Notes: generated by a model not told the origin, from the letters alone. Positions 1-10,060 are shown, numbered from the stretch's first letter. The stretch is DNA of 64,000 nt from an uncultured Clostridia bacterium (GCA_944372795.1 CALWAF010000001.1:64390-128389); one strand, 5' to 3'. Made by a program: numbers and translations.

Positions 1-213
1 GTCCTCCACCTTGCTCTCGTCGAAGGGATAGATGACAAGCTCGTTTTCCTTTTCCACGAAGACGCGGTTGCGGCTGTTCTCGCTCCTGCCCATGATGAAA
101 TAGGCAAAGACGGCGTTTTTCCCGTCCGCGCTCTTGCCGATGACGATGCCCCTGCCGGGGTAAGAATTGCCCTTGAGCAGGGCGTTGAGGTCGTTTATCG
201 CGTAAATGCTCAT
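1..213 (-). CDS. IMP cyclohydrolase (PurO-like), N-terminal 71 codons; 3' end outside window
   Basis: Not in ORF track because it runs off the edge. Hand translation from ATG 213-211 gives MSIYAINDLNALLKGNSYPGRGIVIGKSADGKNAVFAYFIMGRSENSRNRVFVEKENELVIYPFDESKVED. The GRGIVIG...MGRSENSRNR pattern matches my recollection of PurO-type IMP cyclohydrolases. Lies directly downstream of purN. Confidence 0.65.
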   Translation of the reverse strand, partial: MSIYAINDLNALLKGNSYPGRGIVIGKSADGKNAVFAYFIMGRSENSRNRVFVEKENELVIYPFDESKVED

Positions 214-226
214 TGTTCTCTCCTGT

Positions 227-853
227 TTATTTTGCAAAGTTTTCCGACGCTATCCTTTCGGCGGTGAGCTCCACCGCGCGTGGAAGCAGCTTCCACTCTG
301 CCTCTTCCATGACTCTTCTTTGCAGCGTCTCGGGGGTGTCGTCCTCCCTCACCGCCACTTCTTTTTGAAAAATTATCCTGCCGCCGTCGGGTATCTCGTT
401 GACATAATGCACGGTGGCGCCCGTCACCTTCTCACCCGCCGCCAGCACCGCCTCGTGGACTTTGAGCCCGTAAAACCCCTTCCCGCAGAACTTGGGGATG
501 AGGGAGGGGTGCACGTTGATGATGCGCTCGGGATAGCGGGAGGTGAACTTCTCGGACAGTATGCTCATGAACCCAGCAAGCACGATGACCTCCGCACCCA
601 CGCTCTCTATCGCACGCTCTATCTCGCCCTCGAACTCTTCCTGCGAGGCGCACTTCTTCCTCTCCGCCACGGCGGTGGGGACGCCCGCTTCTTCCGCGCG
701 CTTCAATGCGTAGGCGTCGGGTCTGCTCGACACCACGATGCCGACGCGGGCGTGAGGGAGCTCCCCTCTCTTTTCCGCGTCGAGGATGGCTTGCAGATTG
801 GTGCCGCCGCCCGAGACCAGCACGGCGACGACGACTTTCCTCTCCTCTCTCAT
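227..853 (-). CDS. purN: phosphoribosylglycinamide formyltransferase
   Basis: ORF 227..853. [19 protein letters not shown]-terminal GART motif and [12 protein letters not shown] overlap with purM stop. Confidence 0.9.
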   Translation of the reverse strand: MREERKVVVAVLVSGGGTNLQAILDAEKRGELPHARVGIVVSSRPDAYALKRAEEAGVPTAVAERKKCASQEEFEGEIERAIESVGAEVIVLAGFMSILSEKFTSRYPERIINVHPSLIPKFCGKGFYGLKVHEAVLAAGEKVTGATVHYVNEIPDGGRIIFQKEVAVREDDTPETLQRRVMEEAEWKLLPRAVELTAERIASENFAK

Positions 854-1884
854 TCGATGATCACTCCGTCCTCGGAGGGGACGATCTCTCCGATGATGTA
901 GGCGTCCTCGCCCGCCTCTTTCAGGGTGGCGAGAGCTTTCTCCGCATCCTTTGCCGTCACCACGACGCTCATGCCCACACCCATGTTGAAGGTGTTGAAC
1001 ATATCGCGTTCGGGCACTCCGCCCTCTCTTGCGATGATGTCGAAGAGGGGCAGCACTTTGAGTGCGGACTTGTCTATCTTCGCACCGAACCCCTTGGGGA
1101 TGCTGCGCGGGATGTTCTCATAGAACCCGCCGCCCGTGATGTGCGAGACAGCCTTCACCGTCACGGCATCAAAGAGCGCGAGCATGGGCTTCACGTATAT
1201 CTTTGTGGGGGTGAGCAGCGCCTCTCCGAGGCTCTTTCCGCCCAGCTCCTCCACGGGAGATGTCATGTCTTTGCTCTCGAATATCTTGCGCACGAGGGAG
1301 AACCCGTTGGAATGCACGCCCGAGGACGGCAGCGCGATGACGACGTCGCCCGCCTGCACCTTGGAGTTATCAAGCACCTTTGAGCGATCCACAACGCCCA
1401 CGGCGAACCCCGCGAGGTCATATTCGTCCTCGGGATAGAACCCCGGCATCTCGGCAGTCTCACCGCCGATGAGAGCTGCGCCCGCCTGCACGCAGCCTTC
1501 CGCAACACCGGACACTATCGCCGCTATGCGCTCGGGCACGTTCTTGCCGCAGGCGATGTAATCGAGGAAAAAGAGAGGCTTTGCTCCGCAGCAGATGACG
1601 TCGTTGACGCACATTGCCACGCAGTCGATGCCTATGGTGTCATGCTTTTGCAGCATGAATGCGTATTTGAGCTTGGTGCCCACGCCGTCCGTGCCGCTGA
1701 CGAGCACGGGACGCGTCATGCCCGTAAGGTCTAGCTCGAAGAGCCCGCCGAAGCCGCCTATGTCACTCGCCGCGCCCGCCGTAACGGTGCGTGCGATGTG
1801 CTTCTTCATGAGCTCCACCGCCCTATATCCCGCGGTGATGTCAACGCCCGCCTGCTTGTAGCTTTCGCTGAAAGACTTTTCCAT
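850..1884 (-). CDS. purM: phosphoribosylformylglycinamidine cyclo-ligase (AIR synthetase)
   Basis: ORF 850..1884, 344 aa. Motifs [16 protein letters not shown] and [11 protein letters not shown], typical of PurM. Confidence 0.93.
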   Translation of the reverse strand: MEKSFSESYKQAGVDITAGYRAVELMKKHIARTVTAGAASDIGGFGGLFELDLTGMTRPVLVSGTDGVGTKLKYAFMLQKHDTIGIDCVAMCVNDVICCGAKPLFFLDYIACGKNVPERIAAIVSGVAEGCVQAGAALIGGETAEMPGFYPEDEYDLAGFAVGVVDRSKVLDNSKVQAGDVVIALPSSGVHSNGFSLVRKIFESKDMTSPVEELGGKSLGEALLTPTKIYVKPMLALFDAVTVKAVSHITGGGFYENIPRSIPKGFGAKIDKSALKVLPLFDIIAREGGVPERDMFNTFNMGVGMSVVVTAKDAEKALATLKEAGEDAYIIGEIVPSEDGVIIE

Positions 1885-1885
1885 G

Positions 1886-2389
1886 TCAACCTCTCATCGC
1901 CGTGAGTTTTGCCTCCAATGCGGCATCCTTTTCAAGCACTTTCGCCTTGTCTGCGGCGCGTTTTGCGGCAAGTTTTTCCGCAAGCTCGGGCTCGGAGACG
2001 GCGAGGATCTCGAGAGCGAGCAGCGCGGCATTGACGGCTCCGTCCACTCCCACGGTCGCGACGGGGATGCCGGGAGGCATCTGCACCGTTGCGAGCAGTG
2101 CGTCCAGCCCGTCCAGCGCCGCCGCCTTGACGGGGATGCCGATGACGGGAAGCGTGGTGGAAGCGGCAAGCGCTCCCGCAAGATGTGCCGCCATGCCCGC
2201 CGCCGCGATTATGACGCCGAAACCGTGCTCTCTCGCGCTCTCCGCAAAAGCCTTTGCCTCCGCGGGAGTGCGGTGTGCGGAATAGACGTGCGCCTCGCAC
2301 TCCACTCCGAAGGATCTCACCGTTTCCACGGCTTTTCCTACGACGGGCAGGTCGCTGTCGCTGCCCATGATCACTGCGATCTTTTTCAT
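1886..2389 (-). CDS. purE: 5-(carboxyamino)imidazole ribonucleotide mutase
   Basis: ORF 1886..2389, 167 aa. [14 protein letters not shown] and [11 protein letters not shown] motifs. Confidence 0.93.
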   Translation of the reverse strand: MKKIAVIMGSDSDLPVVGKAVETVRSFGVECEAHVYSAHRTPAEAKAFAESAREHGFGVIIAAAGMAAHLAGALAASTTLPVIGIPVKAAALDGLDALLATVQMPPGIPVATVGVDGAVNAALLALEILAVSEPELAEKLAAKRAADKAKVLEKDAALEAKLTAMRG

Positions 2390-2465
2390 GTTTCACCTCT
2401 CCCCTTCCCGGGGCGCGCAGGGGACTTTTGTCCTCCCCGCAGACGCAGCGTCACCCGCGGCGTCC

Positions 2466-2496
2466 AAAAAAGGCAGCTTGCTCACGCAAGACTGCC
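2466..2496 (-). terminator. intrinsic terminator inside the purE 5' leader (attenuator)
   Basis: Minus-strand RNA GGCAGUCUUGC-GUGA-GCAAGCUGCC followed by UUUUUU. Lies about 75 nt upstream of the purE start. Confidence 0.6.
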
Positions 2497-2613
2497 CATT
2501 CACTCACTGTCGCACTCGGACGCAATTTTCCCGCAGACACCTGCTGCCTCCCCGAAGGAGGACAGTCCGCATCCCTTTGAGAAAACCGAACCGTACCGAA
2601 ATTGCATGGTCTA

Positions 2614-2642
2614 ATCATACACTATCAAAATTGCGATGTCAA
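2614..2642 (-). promoter_or_regulatory. sigma-A-type promoter of the pur operon
   Basis: Minus strand reads TTGACA (2642-2637), 17-nt spacer, TATGAT (2619-2614). Confidence 0.5.
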
Positions 2643-2726
2643 AAAATTGAATGCCCTTTTTCCAAGATTTCGGCATACATTTTGAACATATTGTATATCA
2701 CGCGCGCGAGAGCACAATATGGTGTG

Positions 2727-3368
2727 TCACTCTCCGCCGTTCAGTCTCACTCCGCAGGACTCGCAGAATTTGGCGCCCGCGTCTTTGACGGGAGCCCCGC
2801 ATGCGGGACAGTAGCGCGGCGCCGTTCTCTCCCTCATCATGTCTACGGCGGCAGTCGCGGGGAGGGCAAGGGCGATGAACTCGTCGTACATCCTGCGCGC
2901 GTCTTCCTCCGTGAGGGAAAGCGACGTCTTTGCCACCACCTCGTCGCCTACTATCTCATATCCTTTCACCGAGCCGCCGTCGATGAGCGCCCGCACCGTC
3001 GTCTTCATCGCTTCAAACGCCTGAACGGTCTGCACCACGGCAAGGGAGGCTATCACGGTGGCGTCCTTTGCCTCTATCCTGTCCGCGAGGGCGACGAGCT
3101 GCGTATAGCGCGCACGCATCGTAAAGAGGAAAGGCATGGTCACGGCGCACGCGCCGAACACCGCAAACGGGATGAAAATGTATTGCATGGTCTCGTTGCC
3201 GCCCCCGCTGCCCGAAGTCGCACTCAAAGTGATGAATGAGATGAAAGCGGCAAGGATGACCAGCACTCCCAAGGCGAGCACGACCGTGAAGACGGTCTTT
3301 CTCACCCGCACGTTTCCGCATTTTGTGACGGCTCCGAACGAGCCCGCATTTCTAATATTTATCTGCAT
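2727..3368 (-). CDS. membrane protein with C-terminal zinc ribbon, unknown function
   Basis: ORF 2727..3374 trimmed to ATG 3368 (AGGAG 5 nt upstream). Hydrophobic helices in the N-terminal half. C-terminal CPACG...CESCG motif. Paralogue of 14935..15579. Confidence 0.6.
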   Translation of the reverse strand: MQINIRNAGSFGAVTKCGNVRVRKTVFTVVLALGVLVILAAFISFITLSATSGSGGGNETMQYIFIPFAVFGACAVTMPFLFTMRARYTQLVALADRIEAKDATVIASLAVVQTVQAFEAMKTTVRALIDGGSVKGYEIVGDEVVAKTSLSLTEEDARRMYDEFIALALPATAAVDMMRERTAPRYCPACGAPVKDAGAKFCESCGVRLNGGE

Positions 3369-3498
3369 AAACACTCCTAATTTTCATATTAGCACATCTC
3401 GGCGGATCGCGCAACGCCGCTCGGGAACAAAACCGCCCGCTCCCGCGATGCGCAATTTTTCCGTTGCTTTTCTACTCCCTTGGTGCTATGATCTGTAT

Positions 3499-3735
3499 AT
3501 GGCGTATGAAGAGTCACACGGCAACGTGCAGATCCAAGTGGCTGCGCGCATAAAGGAACTCATGCGGGAGAACAGTCTCACGCAGGTGGCGCTCGCCGCT
3601 GCCGTGGGGCTGAAACAGAACACCGTGAGCGCATGGCTTTTGGGCAAGAAGGAGCCGAGCATCCGGAGCCTGTGGCTGCTGGCAGACTACTTCAATGTGG
3701 AGATCGACTATCTCGTGGGGCGGAAGGACTACTGA
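3499..3735 (+). CDS. XRE-family helix-turn-helix transcriptional regulator
   Basis: ORF 3136..3735 trimmed to ATG 3499. LTQVALAAAVGLKQNTVSAWLLGKKEPS is a classic HTH_XRE segment. 78 aa. Confidence 0.8.
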   Translation: MAYEESHGNVQIQVAARIKELMRENSLTQVALAAAVGLKQNTVSAWLLGKKEPSIRSLWLLADYFNVEIDYLVGRKDY

Positions 3736-3833
3736 TCCGCGGGAAACGATAATCATAGTTTCTATTGCATATCGTGCTCACAAGTGGTAAAATAAGAATT
3801 GCTTAAGAGACCGGCAGACGGAAAGGAGGCAGC

Positions 3834-4850
3834 ATGAAAAGACCGTACGCCGTTTTTTTTGTTCTCGTGATGCTTTTTGCGACACTCGCGTTTTCCCTTG
3901 CCGCGTGCAACGATAACACGGGCGGGACTACGCAGGACGACACGTCCGCGGTGCAAGACCCCGACGACACCGAAACTCCCTCCACCGACGATCCGAGTTC
4001 GGACGACGACACCGACACGGACGACGAGGCGACTTACATCTACTATAAACCCGTCCAAGGCTACGATTACACCGAGGGAGATGAGATCGAGCACATCACC
4101 TACTACTCCTCCGTTGCGGGCGCCGACAAGCACGCCAACGTCATCCTCCCCGTGGACTATGACCCCGAAAAAAGCTATCCCGTGCTTTACCTTCTCCACG
4201 GTCTCATGAGTGACGAGTACTCATGGATAGACGGCGTCTACGGGCTTGAGATGGGCGCAAACTACATCGTGCAGAACGCCCACTATTTCGACGGCGCTCC
4301 CGAGATGATCGTGGTGTGCGTCAACAGCCTCGTCAATGCCACGGAGACGGAGCCCGAGTGGGACATGTTCCCGCCCTCCGCACCTCCCGAACTCGCCGAG
4401 ACCTACGACCTCACGGGACGGGACATCACGGAATGTCTCATGCCCTACATCAACGCACACTACTCCACCCTGACGGGCAAGGAGAACACCGCGATCGCGG
4501 GCTACTCCATGGGAGGGCGTGAAGCCATGCTCACCGCGTTTGCTTATCAGGACATCTTCGGTTGGGTGGGCGCATTTTCGTCGGCGTCCTTCGGCACCGA
4601 CGTCGTGTCTGCCTCCGACTACGTGCCCGATTTCACCCTAGACAAGGGCTCCGACGGCTTTTATTACGTGCAAATCACGGTGGGCGGCTTTGACACCCTC
4701 GCACCCGTGAGCAGGAACATATGCGCAAGGCTTGATGAGATAGGCGTGGAATACACCTACAACACCGTCTTCTTCGGGGGGCACTCCCCTTCGGTGTGGC
4801 GCTCCGCGCTTAACGACTTCGTCAAAAACATATTCACGGATCCGGCGTGA
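3834..4850 (+). CDS. secreted lipoprotein esterase (alpha/beta hydrolase, 'putative esterase' type)
   Basis: GGAGG RBS. Lipobox LAFSLAAC. Acidic T/D-rich linker. YPVLYLLHG and GYSMGG nucleophile elbow. Confidence 0.75.
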   Translation: MKRPYAVFFVLVMLFATLAFSLAACNDNTGGTTQDDTSAVQDPDDTETPSTDDPSSDDDTDTDDEATYIYYKPVQGYDYTEGDEIEHITYYSSVAGADKHANVILPVDYDPEKSYPVLYLLHGLMSDEYSWIDGVYGLEMGANYIVQNAHYFDGAPEMIVVCVNSLVNATETEPEWDMFPPSAPPELAETYDLTGRDITECLMPYINAHYSTLTGKENTAIAGYSMGGREAMLTAFAYQDIFGWVGAFSSASFGTDVVSASDYVPDFTLDKGSDGFYYVQITVGGFDTLAPVSRNICARLDEIGVEYTYNTVFFGGHSPSVWRSALNDFVKNIFTDPA

Positions 4851-4957
4851 ACGGCGCGCACCCCTACACAATTGAGAGTTAACAAGCATATTTGCGCGCG
4901 TTAAACATCGGTTTCGCGCAAAAGAACAAACGGATCTCGTGTTTTACGGCACAAAAA

Positions 4958-4983
4958 AAGGCGGCATACATTGCCGCCTTTTT
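4958..4983. terminator. bidirectional terminator between convergent genes
   Basis: AAGGCGGCA-tacat-TGCCGCCTT hairpin flanked by an A-run upstream and a T-run downstream. Confidence 0.6.
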
Positions 4984-4995
4984 CATCGTCTTGTG

Positions 4996-5955
4996 TCACT
5001 TTACTGCAAGCGCCGAAAGCTCCCCTTTTAGCACTGCGCTCCACTTCTCGGGCTCTTCAACGTCGGGAGAATGGGCGGAGTTTTCAAACCACACCCACTT
5101 CTTCGCGGGAGCGGAGAGGGCGTCGAACCATTCCTTCGCGATCGCGGAGGGGGTGTTGTAGTCGTGTCTGCCCTGCGTGATGACGACGGGGACGTCGAGG
5201 CTCTTTATCGCGCTCAAACGCTGACCCACCACATCGGGCCACATCACGTCGGTGAGGTAGGTCGCGCCCTGCGCATACTTCACGATGTCCGCAAGGGAAT
5301 ATTCCTTGGTCTTCAGAAGGGGCATGAGCAGACCTTTCACCAACCCCTGTTTGCCGCCGTGTATGGCGCCGCCGTAGCGGGAGAGGCAGTCGCGCTGGAT
5401 CATCATGCTCTTGTTGTCGGGATAGACTCCGTCCACGGGCGCGCCCTTTTCAAGGGCGGCGAGAGCCTTTTTGTCCCCGCGCCTTTTCGCCTCTTCGAGG
5501 CAGAAGCGGTAGGAACCTTCCTCGTTGCGGTCGCCGTCCACGAACTGCCCTTCTCCGACATAGGCAAAGAGCAGGTCGGGTCGCCGCGCCGCAGCCAGCA
5601 CTCCGATGATGGAACCCCAGCTGTGCCCCACCATTGCGACCTTGCGCACGCCGAATTTGCCGGTGAGATACTCCAGCATGAATTCCACGTCATCCACGTA
5701 GTCCGCCACCTTGGGGACGCTCTTTTTGATGCCGGGGGTGTAGCTCTTCCCGCTGCCGCGCTGATCCCAGCACACAAGGGTGAAATCCTCGGCTAGGTCG
5801 GAGTGGTCGCGCAGGATGTTGTGCCTGTCGCACACCCCGGGCCCGCCGTGCAGGAAGAGGATGACGGGCAGCCCCTTTTTCGCCGCGCGGACGCGGATGT
5901 TCTGGATGCTGCCGTTGACTTCTACGTTTTCGCTGTAATCGAGTTGATAAGTCAT
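4996..5955 (-). CDS. alpha/beta hydrolase (proline iminopeptidase-like)
   Basis: ORF 4996..5955. LFLHGGPG and GHSWGS motifs. AAGGAG RBS. Confidence 0.75.
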   Translation of the reverse strand: MTYQLDYSENVEVNGSIQNIRVRAAKKGLPVILFLHGGPGVCDRHNILRDHSDLAEDFTLVCWDQRGSGKSYTPGIKKSVPKVADYVDDVEFMLEYLTGKFGVRKVAMVGHSWGSIIGVLAAARRPDLLFAYVGEGQFVDGDRNEEGSYRFCLEEAKRRGDKKALAALEKGAPVDGVYPDNKSMMIQRDCLSRYGGAIHGGKQGLVKGLLMPLLKTKEYSLADIVKYAQGATYLTDVMWPDVVGQRLSAIKSLDVPVVITQGRHDYNTPSAIAKEWFDALSAPAKKWVWFENSAHSPDVEEPEKWSAVLKGELSALAVK

Positions 5956-5956
5956 A

Positions 5957-7267
5957 TCAAAGCTCCTTCATCAATCCGTCAAGGACGGACTCTATCTTCT
6001 CGTTGCGTTTGAGACGAGGCGACTCTATCACCCTGCCGCCCGCAGCCACGAGCAACGGGGTGCGCAGAGTCTCGGGATGCACGGTGGGATCATCCGCAAG
6101 GAAGACGAGATCGGCGCGTTTGCCGGGCTCGAGCGAGCCCACTTTGTCCGCCTGTCCGAGGGCTTCGGCGCCGCCCATCGTCGCCGCATACAGCGCCGCT
6201 TTCACGCCGAATCCGCCGAGTTTTGCGAAATACACCACCTCACGCCACATGCCCGTCTGCGTGGAGAAGGGACAGGACGCGTCCGTGCCCATCGCCACCG
6301 TGATGCCGTGCGCATAGGCGTCCTTCGCGCACTGCGTCATGCCTTCCAGCACGATGCCGGAGTTGAACACTCTCACGTCGTCCAGCTTGGTGAGCTCGGT
6401 GGGGAGTTTGTAGTAAGGATATGCGGGAGTGTACGTCGTCACCACCGCGCCGCCGCGGGCTTTGAGCGCCGCCGCAGCCTCTTCGGTAAGATGTGCGCCG
6501 TGCTCGATGGTGTCCACGCCGCCGAGGGCTGCGATCTCCACCCCTCTCGGGCTTTGGACGTGCGCGGCGACCTTTTTGCCGAGGGCGTGCGCCATGTCGC
6601 AAGCCGCCTTCACCTGCTCTTCCGTCATCTTTACCTCGCCGGGCTCGCCCTTCTTCTTCGCGTCGGTGACGCCGCCCGTGATGCATATCTTGATGAGGTC
6701 GGCACCGTTTTTCACGTTCTGATCCACCAGCGCCGCGAACTCCGCGGGAGTGGACGCCGTGAGCGCAAACGTACCGTCGCCGTGTCCGCCGGGTGCAGTG
6801 AGCGCAGGACCCGACGCCACGAGATTGAGTCCCGCCGCCTTGCCTTTGCCCTTCCTTATGCCGTCGCGCACGATGAGATCGGAATATCTGAAATCCCCCA
6901 GCCCGCGCAGCGTGGTCACGCCGGAATTGAGTTCCTGCGCGCAAGCGGAAGACACCAGCATTTTCAGCACCGCGAGCCCGAGAGCGCTGTGCACGAGTTT
7001 GAGCACCAGCTTCTGCGCTCCGCCGCCCGAGATGACCTTGCTGGGCGCGCCCGTGCCGAAGAGGTGGGCATGCGCGTTGACCAGCCCCGGGAAGACATAC
7101 TTCCCCGCCGCGTCGTACACCTTCATCCCCGTCTTGTCGCCGCCCGCGGGCGCGATGCGGGTGATGATGCCGTTCTCGGCAAAGATATCCACGCCGCGCA
7201 CGACGGCGCAGTCCGCCTTGACGTCTACCATATTGCAATTCGCAAACACGACCTTTGTGTTCTTCAT
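5957..7267 (-). CDS. amidohydrolase-superfamily metal-dependent hydrolase
   Basis: ORF 5957..7267, 436 aa. VNAHAHL HxH metal motif, TIEHG and GTDA segments. GGAGG RBS. Confidence 0.8.
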   Translation of the reverse strand: MKNTKVVFANCNMVDVKADCAVVRGVDIFAENGIITRIAPAGGDKTGMKVYDAAGKYVFPGLVNAHAHLFGTGAPSKVISGGGAQKLVLKLVHSALGLAVLKMLVSSACAQELNSGVTTLRGLGDFRYSDLIVRDGIRKGKGKAAGLNLVASGPALTAPGGHGDGTFALTASTPAEFAALVDQNVKNGADLIKICITGGVTDAKKKGEPGEVKMTEEQVKAACDMAHALGKKVAAHVQSPRGVEIAALGGVDTIEHGAHLTEEAAAALKARGGAVVTTYTPAYPYYKLPTELTKLDDVRVFNSGIVLEGMTQCAKDAYAHGITVAMGTDASCPFSTQTGMWREVVYFAKLGGFGVKAALYAATMGGAEALGQADKVGSLEPGKRADLVFLADDPTVHPETLRTPLLVAAGGRVIESPRLKRNEKIESVLDGLMKEL

Positions 7268-7426
7268 CCGTAATTCCTCCGACGCGCACCTGTGCGCGCG
7301 TGCTTTGACTTAATTATACAACGCCTGCGCCGAGAGGCAAGCGTTTGAAAAAAATTGAACGTTCATCGAACACCCGTATGTGTGATAAGCCCGACTTTTA
7401 ATGTCGTGTGTCAAAAAATTTCGCCG

Positions 7427-7455
7427 TTGACACCTTGTCGGCTTGATGTTATATT
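7427..7455 (+). promoter_or_regulatory. sigma-A-type promoter of GH18 cassette 1
   Basis: TTGACA (7427-7432), 17 nt, TATATT (7450-7455), with TGT immediately upstream of the -10. Confidence 0.5.
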
Positions 7456-7513
7456 ACCAGCGGGGATAAAGGCACATAGGGGTCTTTATCCTATTTTTTT
7501 TAGGAGTAATATT

Positions 7514-9037
7514 ATGCGAGGAAAGAAAATTGCAGCCCTCACCGTGGCTGCTATGCTGTGCGCCGTGATCTGTCTTGCCGCGCTCACCGCGTGCAACGAT
7601 ACGGCGTCCGTCGCGGGCAAGGGCGTCGAAAAGCCCGAGAACGTGTTCGTCAACGACCTCGACACCGTTGACGGCACCGACCTCACCGACAGCGCCACGG
7701 TCTCGACCAGCTCCGCCCACGGGTCCGCAGCTAACCTCACCGACGGCGCCACCGACACCGCATGGACGGCGGAAGGCATCGACGGCGAGTGCATCACGAT
7801 CACCTTTGACACTGCGGTCACCTTCAACACCGTGGTGCTGCGCGAGAACGGCAACTACATCACCGGTTTCCGCTTCGAGGCAGAGACCGAGGACGGCAGA
7901 GAGGAATTCTACCGTCAGGACAGGATGGAGCGCTATCGCTACTGCTCTTTCGATGCAGTGACCGCCACCGAGCTCTACATCTCCATCGACGGCGTGAACG
8001 AAGGCAGGAACATCTCCGTCTCGGAAGTGGAAGTGTACAACCTCGCTCCCAAGACCTATGAGGACGAATTCCGCGTCTTTGCCTACTACAACGTCGGCGA
8101 TTTCAGGAACCCCGCGCTCGACAAGGCGCAGCTCACCGCACAGCTTGACGTCGTGACGGACATCATCCTCTTCGAGTACGTCTATTGGAACGCGGAAGGC
8201 GAGCTCACCTTCACCCGGCGCGACTCCGAGTCGGCAGACGTCGCCTCCACCGCTTACCTCGAAGAGGCGATCGCTTATATCAAGAGCTGCAATCCCGACG
8301 TCAGGATCTGCCTCGACATCCTTCCCGGGAACAAAGCCGCACACGGTCTGCCGGAGTGCACCGAGAACCTCACGAACAACATCGCGGATCTCGTGCGCGA
8401 GCTTGACGTGGACGGCGTGGAATTCGACTGGGAATATCCCTCCACTCCCTCCGAATGGAAGGCATACGGCGACATGATGCTGGCGCTCAAAGAGAAGATA
8501 GGTGAGGAAGGCAGATACGTCTCCGTCGCCCTTTCCAACTTCAACGTCGGGTTCGACAAGGAGCACATCGAAGGCATCGACTTCGTGCAGATCATGGGTT
8601 ATGACCGCTTCGACCCGGACGGCAACAACTCTTCCTTCCGCAGCGGAGCGTACCTTCCCATGCGCTACTTCGTCAACCTCGGCTTCAAGCCCTCCCAGCT
8701 CGTCGCGGGAATGCCCGCCTACGGCAGACCCGACAACGAGACCGTCGGCGAATATTGGACGAACTATTATCACAACGGCGGCGAAGTGTGGGCGGACGAA
8801 GACAGAACGCAGGAATTCACCAAGTGGGACAACGTGCAGTATCTCACCTATGGAGGCATCGACATGAAGGTGTACGTCACGGGCGGCGCAATGGCTTACG
8901 ACAAGACCGCCTACGCCATCGAACAGGACTTTGCAGGCGTCATGGTCTTCCGCAACCTCATCGACTACCCCATGGACGACGACCGCAGTGTCATCCGCGC
9001 GATCGGCGAAGCCATAGACGCGCTCATAGCGCAATAA
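7514..9037 (+). CDS. lipoprotein: discoidin (F5/8 type C)-like domain + GH18 glycoside hydrolase domain
   Basis: ORF 7355..9037 trimmed to ATG 7514 (AGGAG RBS). Lipobox LAALTAC. LTDGATDTAWTAEG discoidin-like motif. GH18 catalytic segment LDVDGVEFDWEYP. Confidence 0.8.
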   Translation: MRGKKIAALTVAAMLCAVICLAALTACNDTASVAGKGVEKPENVFVNDLDTVDGTDLTDSATVSTSSAHGSAANLTDGATDTAWTAEGIDGECITITFDTAVTFNTVVLRENGNYITGFRFEAETEDGREEFYRQDRMERYRYCSFDAVTATELYISIDGVNEGRNISVSEVEVYNLAPKTYEDEFRVFAYYNVGDFRNPALDKAQLTAQLDVVTDIILFEYVYWNAEGELTFTRRDSESADVASTAYLEEAIAYIKSCNPDVRICLDILPGNKAAHGLPECTENLTNNIADLVRELDVDGVEFDWEYPSTPSEWKAYGDMMLALKEKIGEEGRYVSVALSNFNVGFDKEHIEGIDFVQIMGYDRFDPDGNNSSFRSGAYLPMRYFVNLGFKPSQLVAGMPAYGRPDNETVGEYWTNYYHNGGEVWADEDRTQEFTKWDNVQYLTYGGIDMKVYVTGGAMAYDKTAYAIEQDFAGVMVFRNLIDYPMDDDRSVIRAIGEAIDALIAQ

Positions 9038-9050
9038 AGGGGGTGTGAAC

Positions 9051-10019
9051 ATGAAAAAACGTAATGTTAAACTCTTGATCACGGCAACATTGCTCATCCT
9101 GTGTCTTGCCCTTTCCGCGGTGCTGTTTGCCGCCTGCAACGGCGACGATCTCACTTCGGCATACGCCGAGGCACAGAAGAATTGGAGCGCGGCAAAGAAC
9201 AAAGTCGTCTACGACACCCTCGTCATCGACGGCGAGCTGGGCAGCGGTGACTCCGCCGTGCCCGTCACCGTCACCGTCGAAGGCTATCGCGCCTACATCG
9301 GCGACGAGTGGGTGTTCGACTACAACCTCAAAGCGACGGGGCTCGAAGCCGTCGCGGGCGTGCTGGTCGGATCGGTGCTCGAAGGCACGGGCGCGGAGAT
9401 CACCCTCTCCCGCTCCTCCGACGGCAACATCTCGCTCAAACTCGGCATCCCGTATCTCATCGAAAATGCGATCGACACCTCTTTCAACGAGTCCGTCGTG
9501 CGCGACTATCTCGCCGTCTTCGACTTTGCCGACAACACCTTCTACGATGCGGAGAACATCTCCGGCAGCGCCTCCGCATTCACCATCGATGCGGAGAGCT
9601 CCCTCGGCTACATCCTCTATCAGATCGCGCCCGCGCTCTCCCTCAACTTCAACTTCGACGTGCTGCCCATGCTGGAGAGCTGGCTCACCCTCGGCGACGT
9701 GACGGGAAGCGTATCGTTTGCGGACGGGAATTTCTCCGCGATGACCACCTCGCAGTCCGTCGAGCTTTTCCTGCCCGACGAGGACGCAGACTTCCTCGCC
9801 TACAACATCGACAACTTCCCCGACATACTCATCTCCTTCTTCGAGACCAAGAAGATAAGCATTGCGGGGTTCGTGGAGATCGACCTCTCCTCCGCTTGGG
9901 CGGAAGGCATCTCCCTCTCGGCAACGGTGGGAAGCTCTGCGGAATATCACCTGCTCGCTTCGGATGCGACATTCGACAGCGTGCAGGCGGACTACGACGC
10001 GGCACACTCCGAAAACTAA
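9051..10019 (+). CDS. lipoprotein of unknown function (cassette partner 1)
   Basis: ORF 9045..10019 trimmed to ATG 9051. Lipobox LFAAC. Homologous over its full length to 11821..12765. Confidence 0.6.
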   Translation: MKKRNVKLLITATLLILCLALSAVLFAACNGDDLTSAYAEAQKNWSAAKNKVVYDTLVIDGELGSGDSAVPVTVTVEGYRAYIGDEWVFDYNLKATGLEAVAGVLVGSVLEGTGAEITLSRSSDGNISLKLGIPYLIENAIDTSFNESVVRDYLAVFDFADNTFYDAENISGSASAFTIDAESSLGYILYQIAPALSLNFNFDVLPMLESWLTLGDVTGSVSFADGNFSAMTTSQSVELFLPDEDADFLAYNIDNFPDILISFFETKKISIAGFVEIDLSSAWAEGISLSATVGSSAEYHLLASDATFDSVQADYDAAHSEN

Positions 10020-10022
10020 AAG

Positions 10023-10060
10023 AGCAACGCCCGCGCATTTGTGCGCGGGCGTTGCTTTTC
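10023..10060 (+). terminator. intrinsic terminator after cassette 1
   Basis: 15-bp stem AGCAACGCCCGCGCA / TGCGCGGGCGTTGCT, loop TTTG, followed by TTTC. Confidence 0.65.

Noticed and set aside
2497-2607. Canonical guanine/adenine riboswitch upstream of purE
   Set aside because: The conserved junction sequences UAUAAU, GUUUCUACC, CCGUAAA and CCGACUA are absent from the leader on the coding strand.
206-2614. Plus-strand ORFs overlapping purN, purM and purE (e.g. 206..901, 706..1383, 1883..2614)
   Set aside because: They lie antisense to well-supported pur genes, carry no motifs and have shadow-frame composition.
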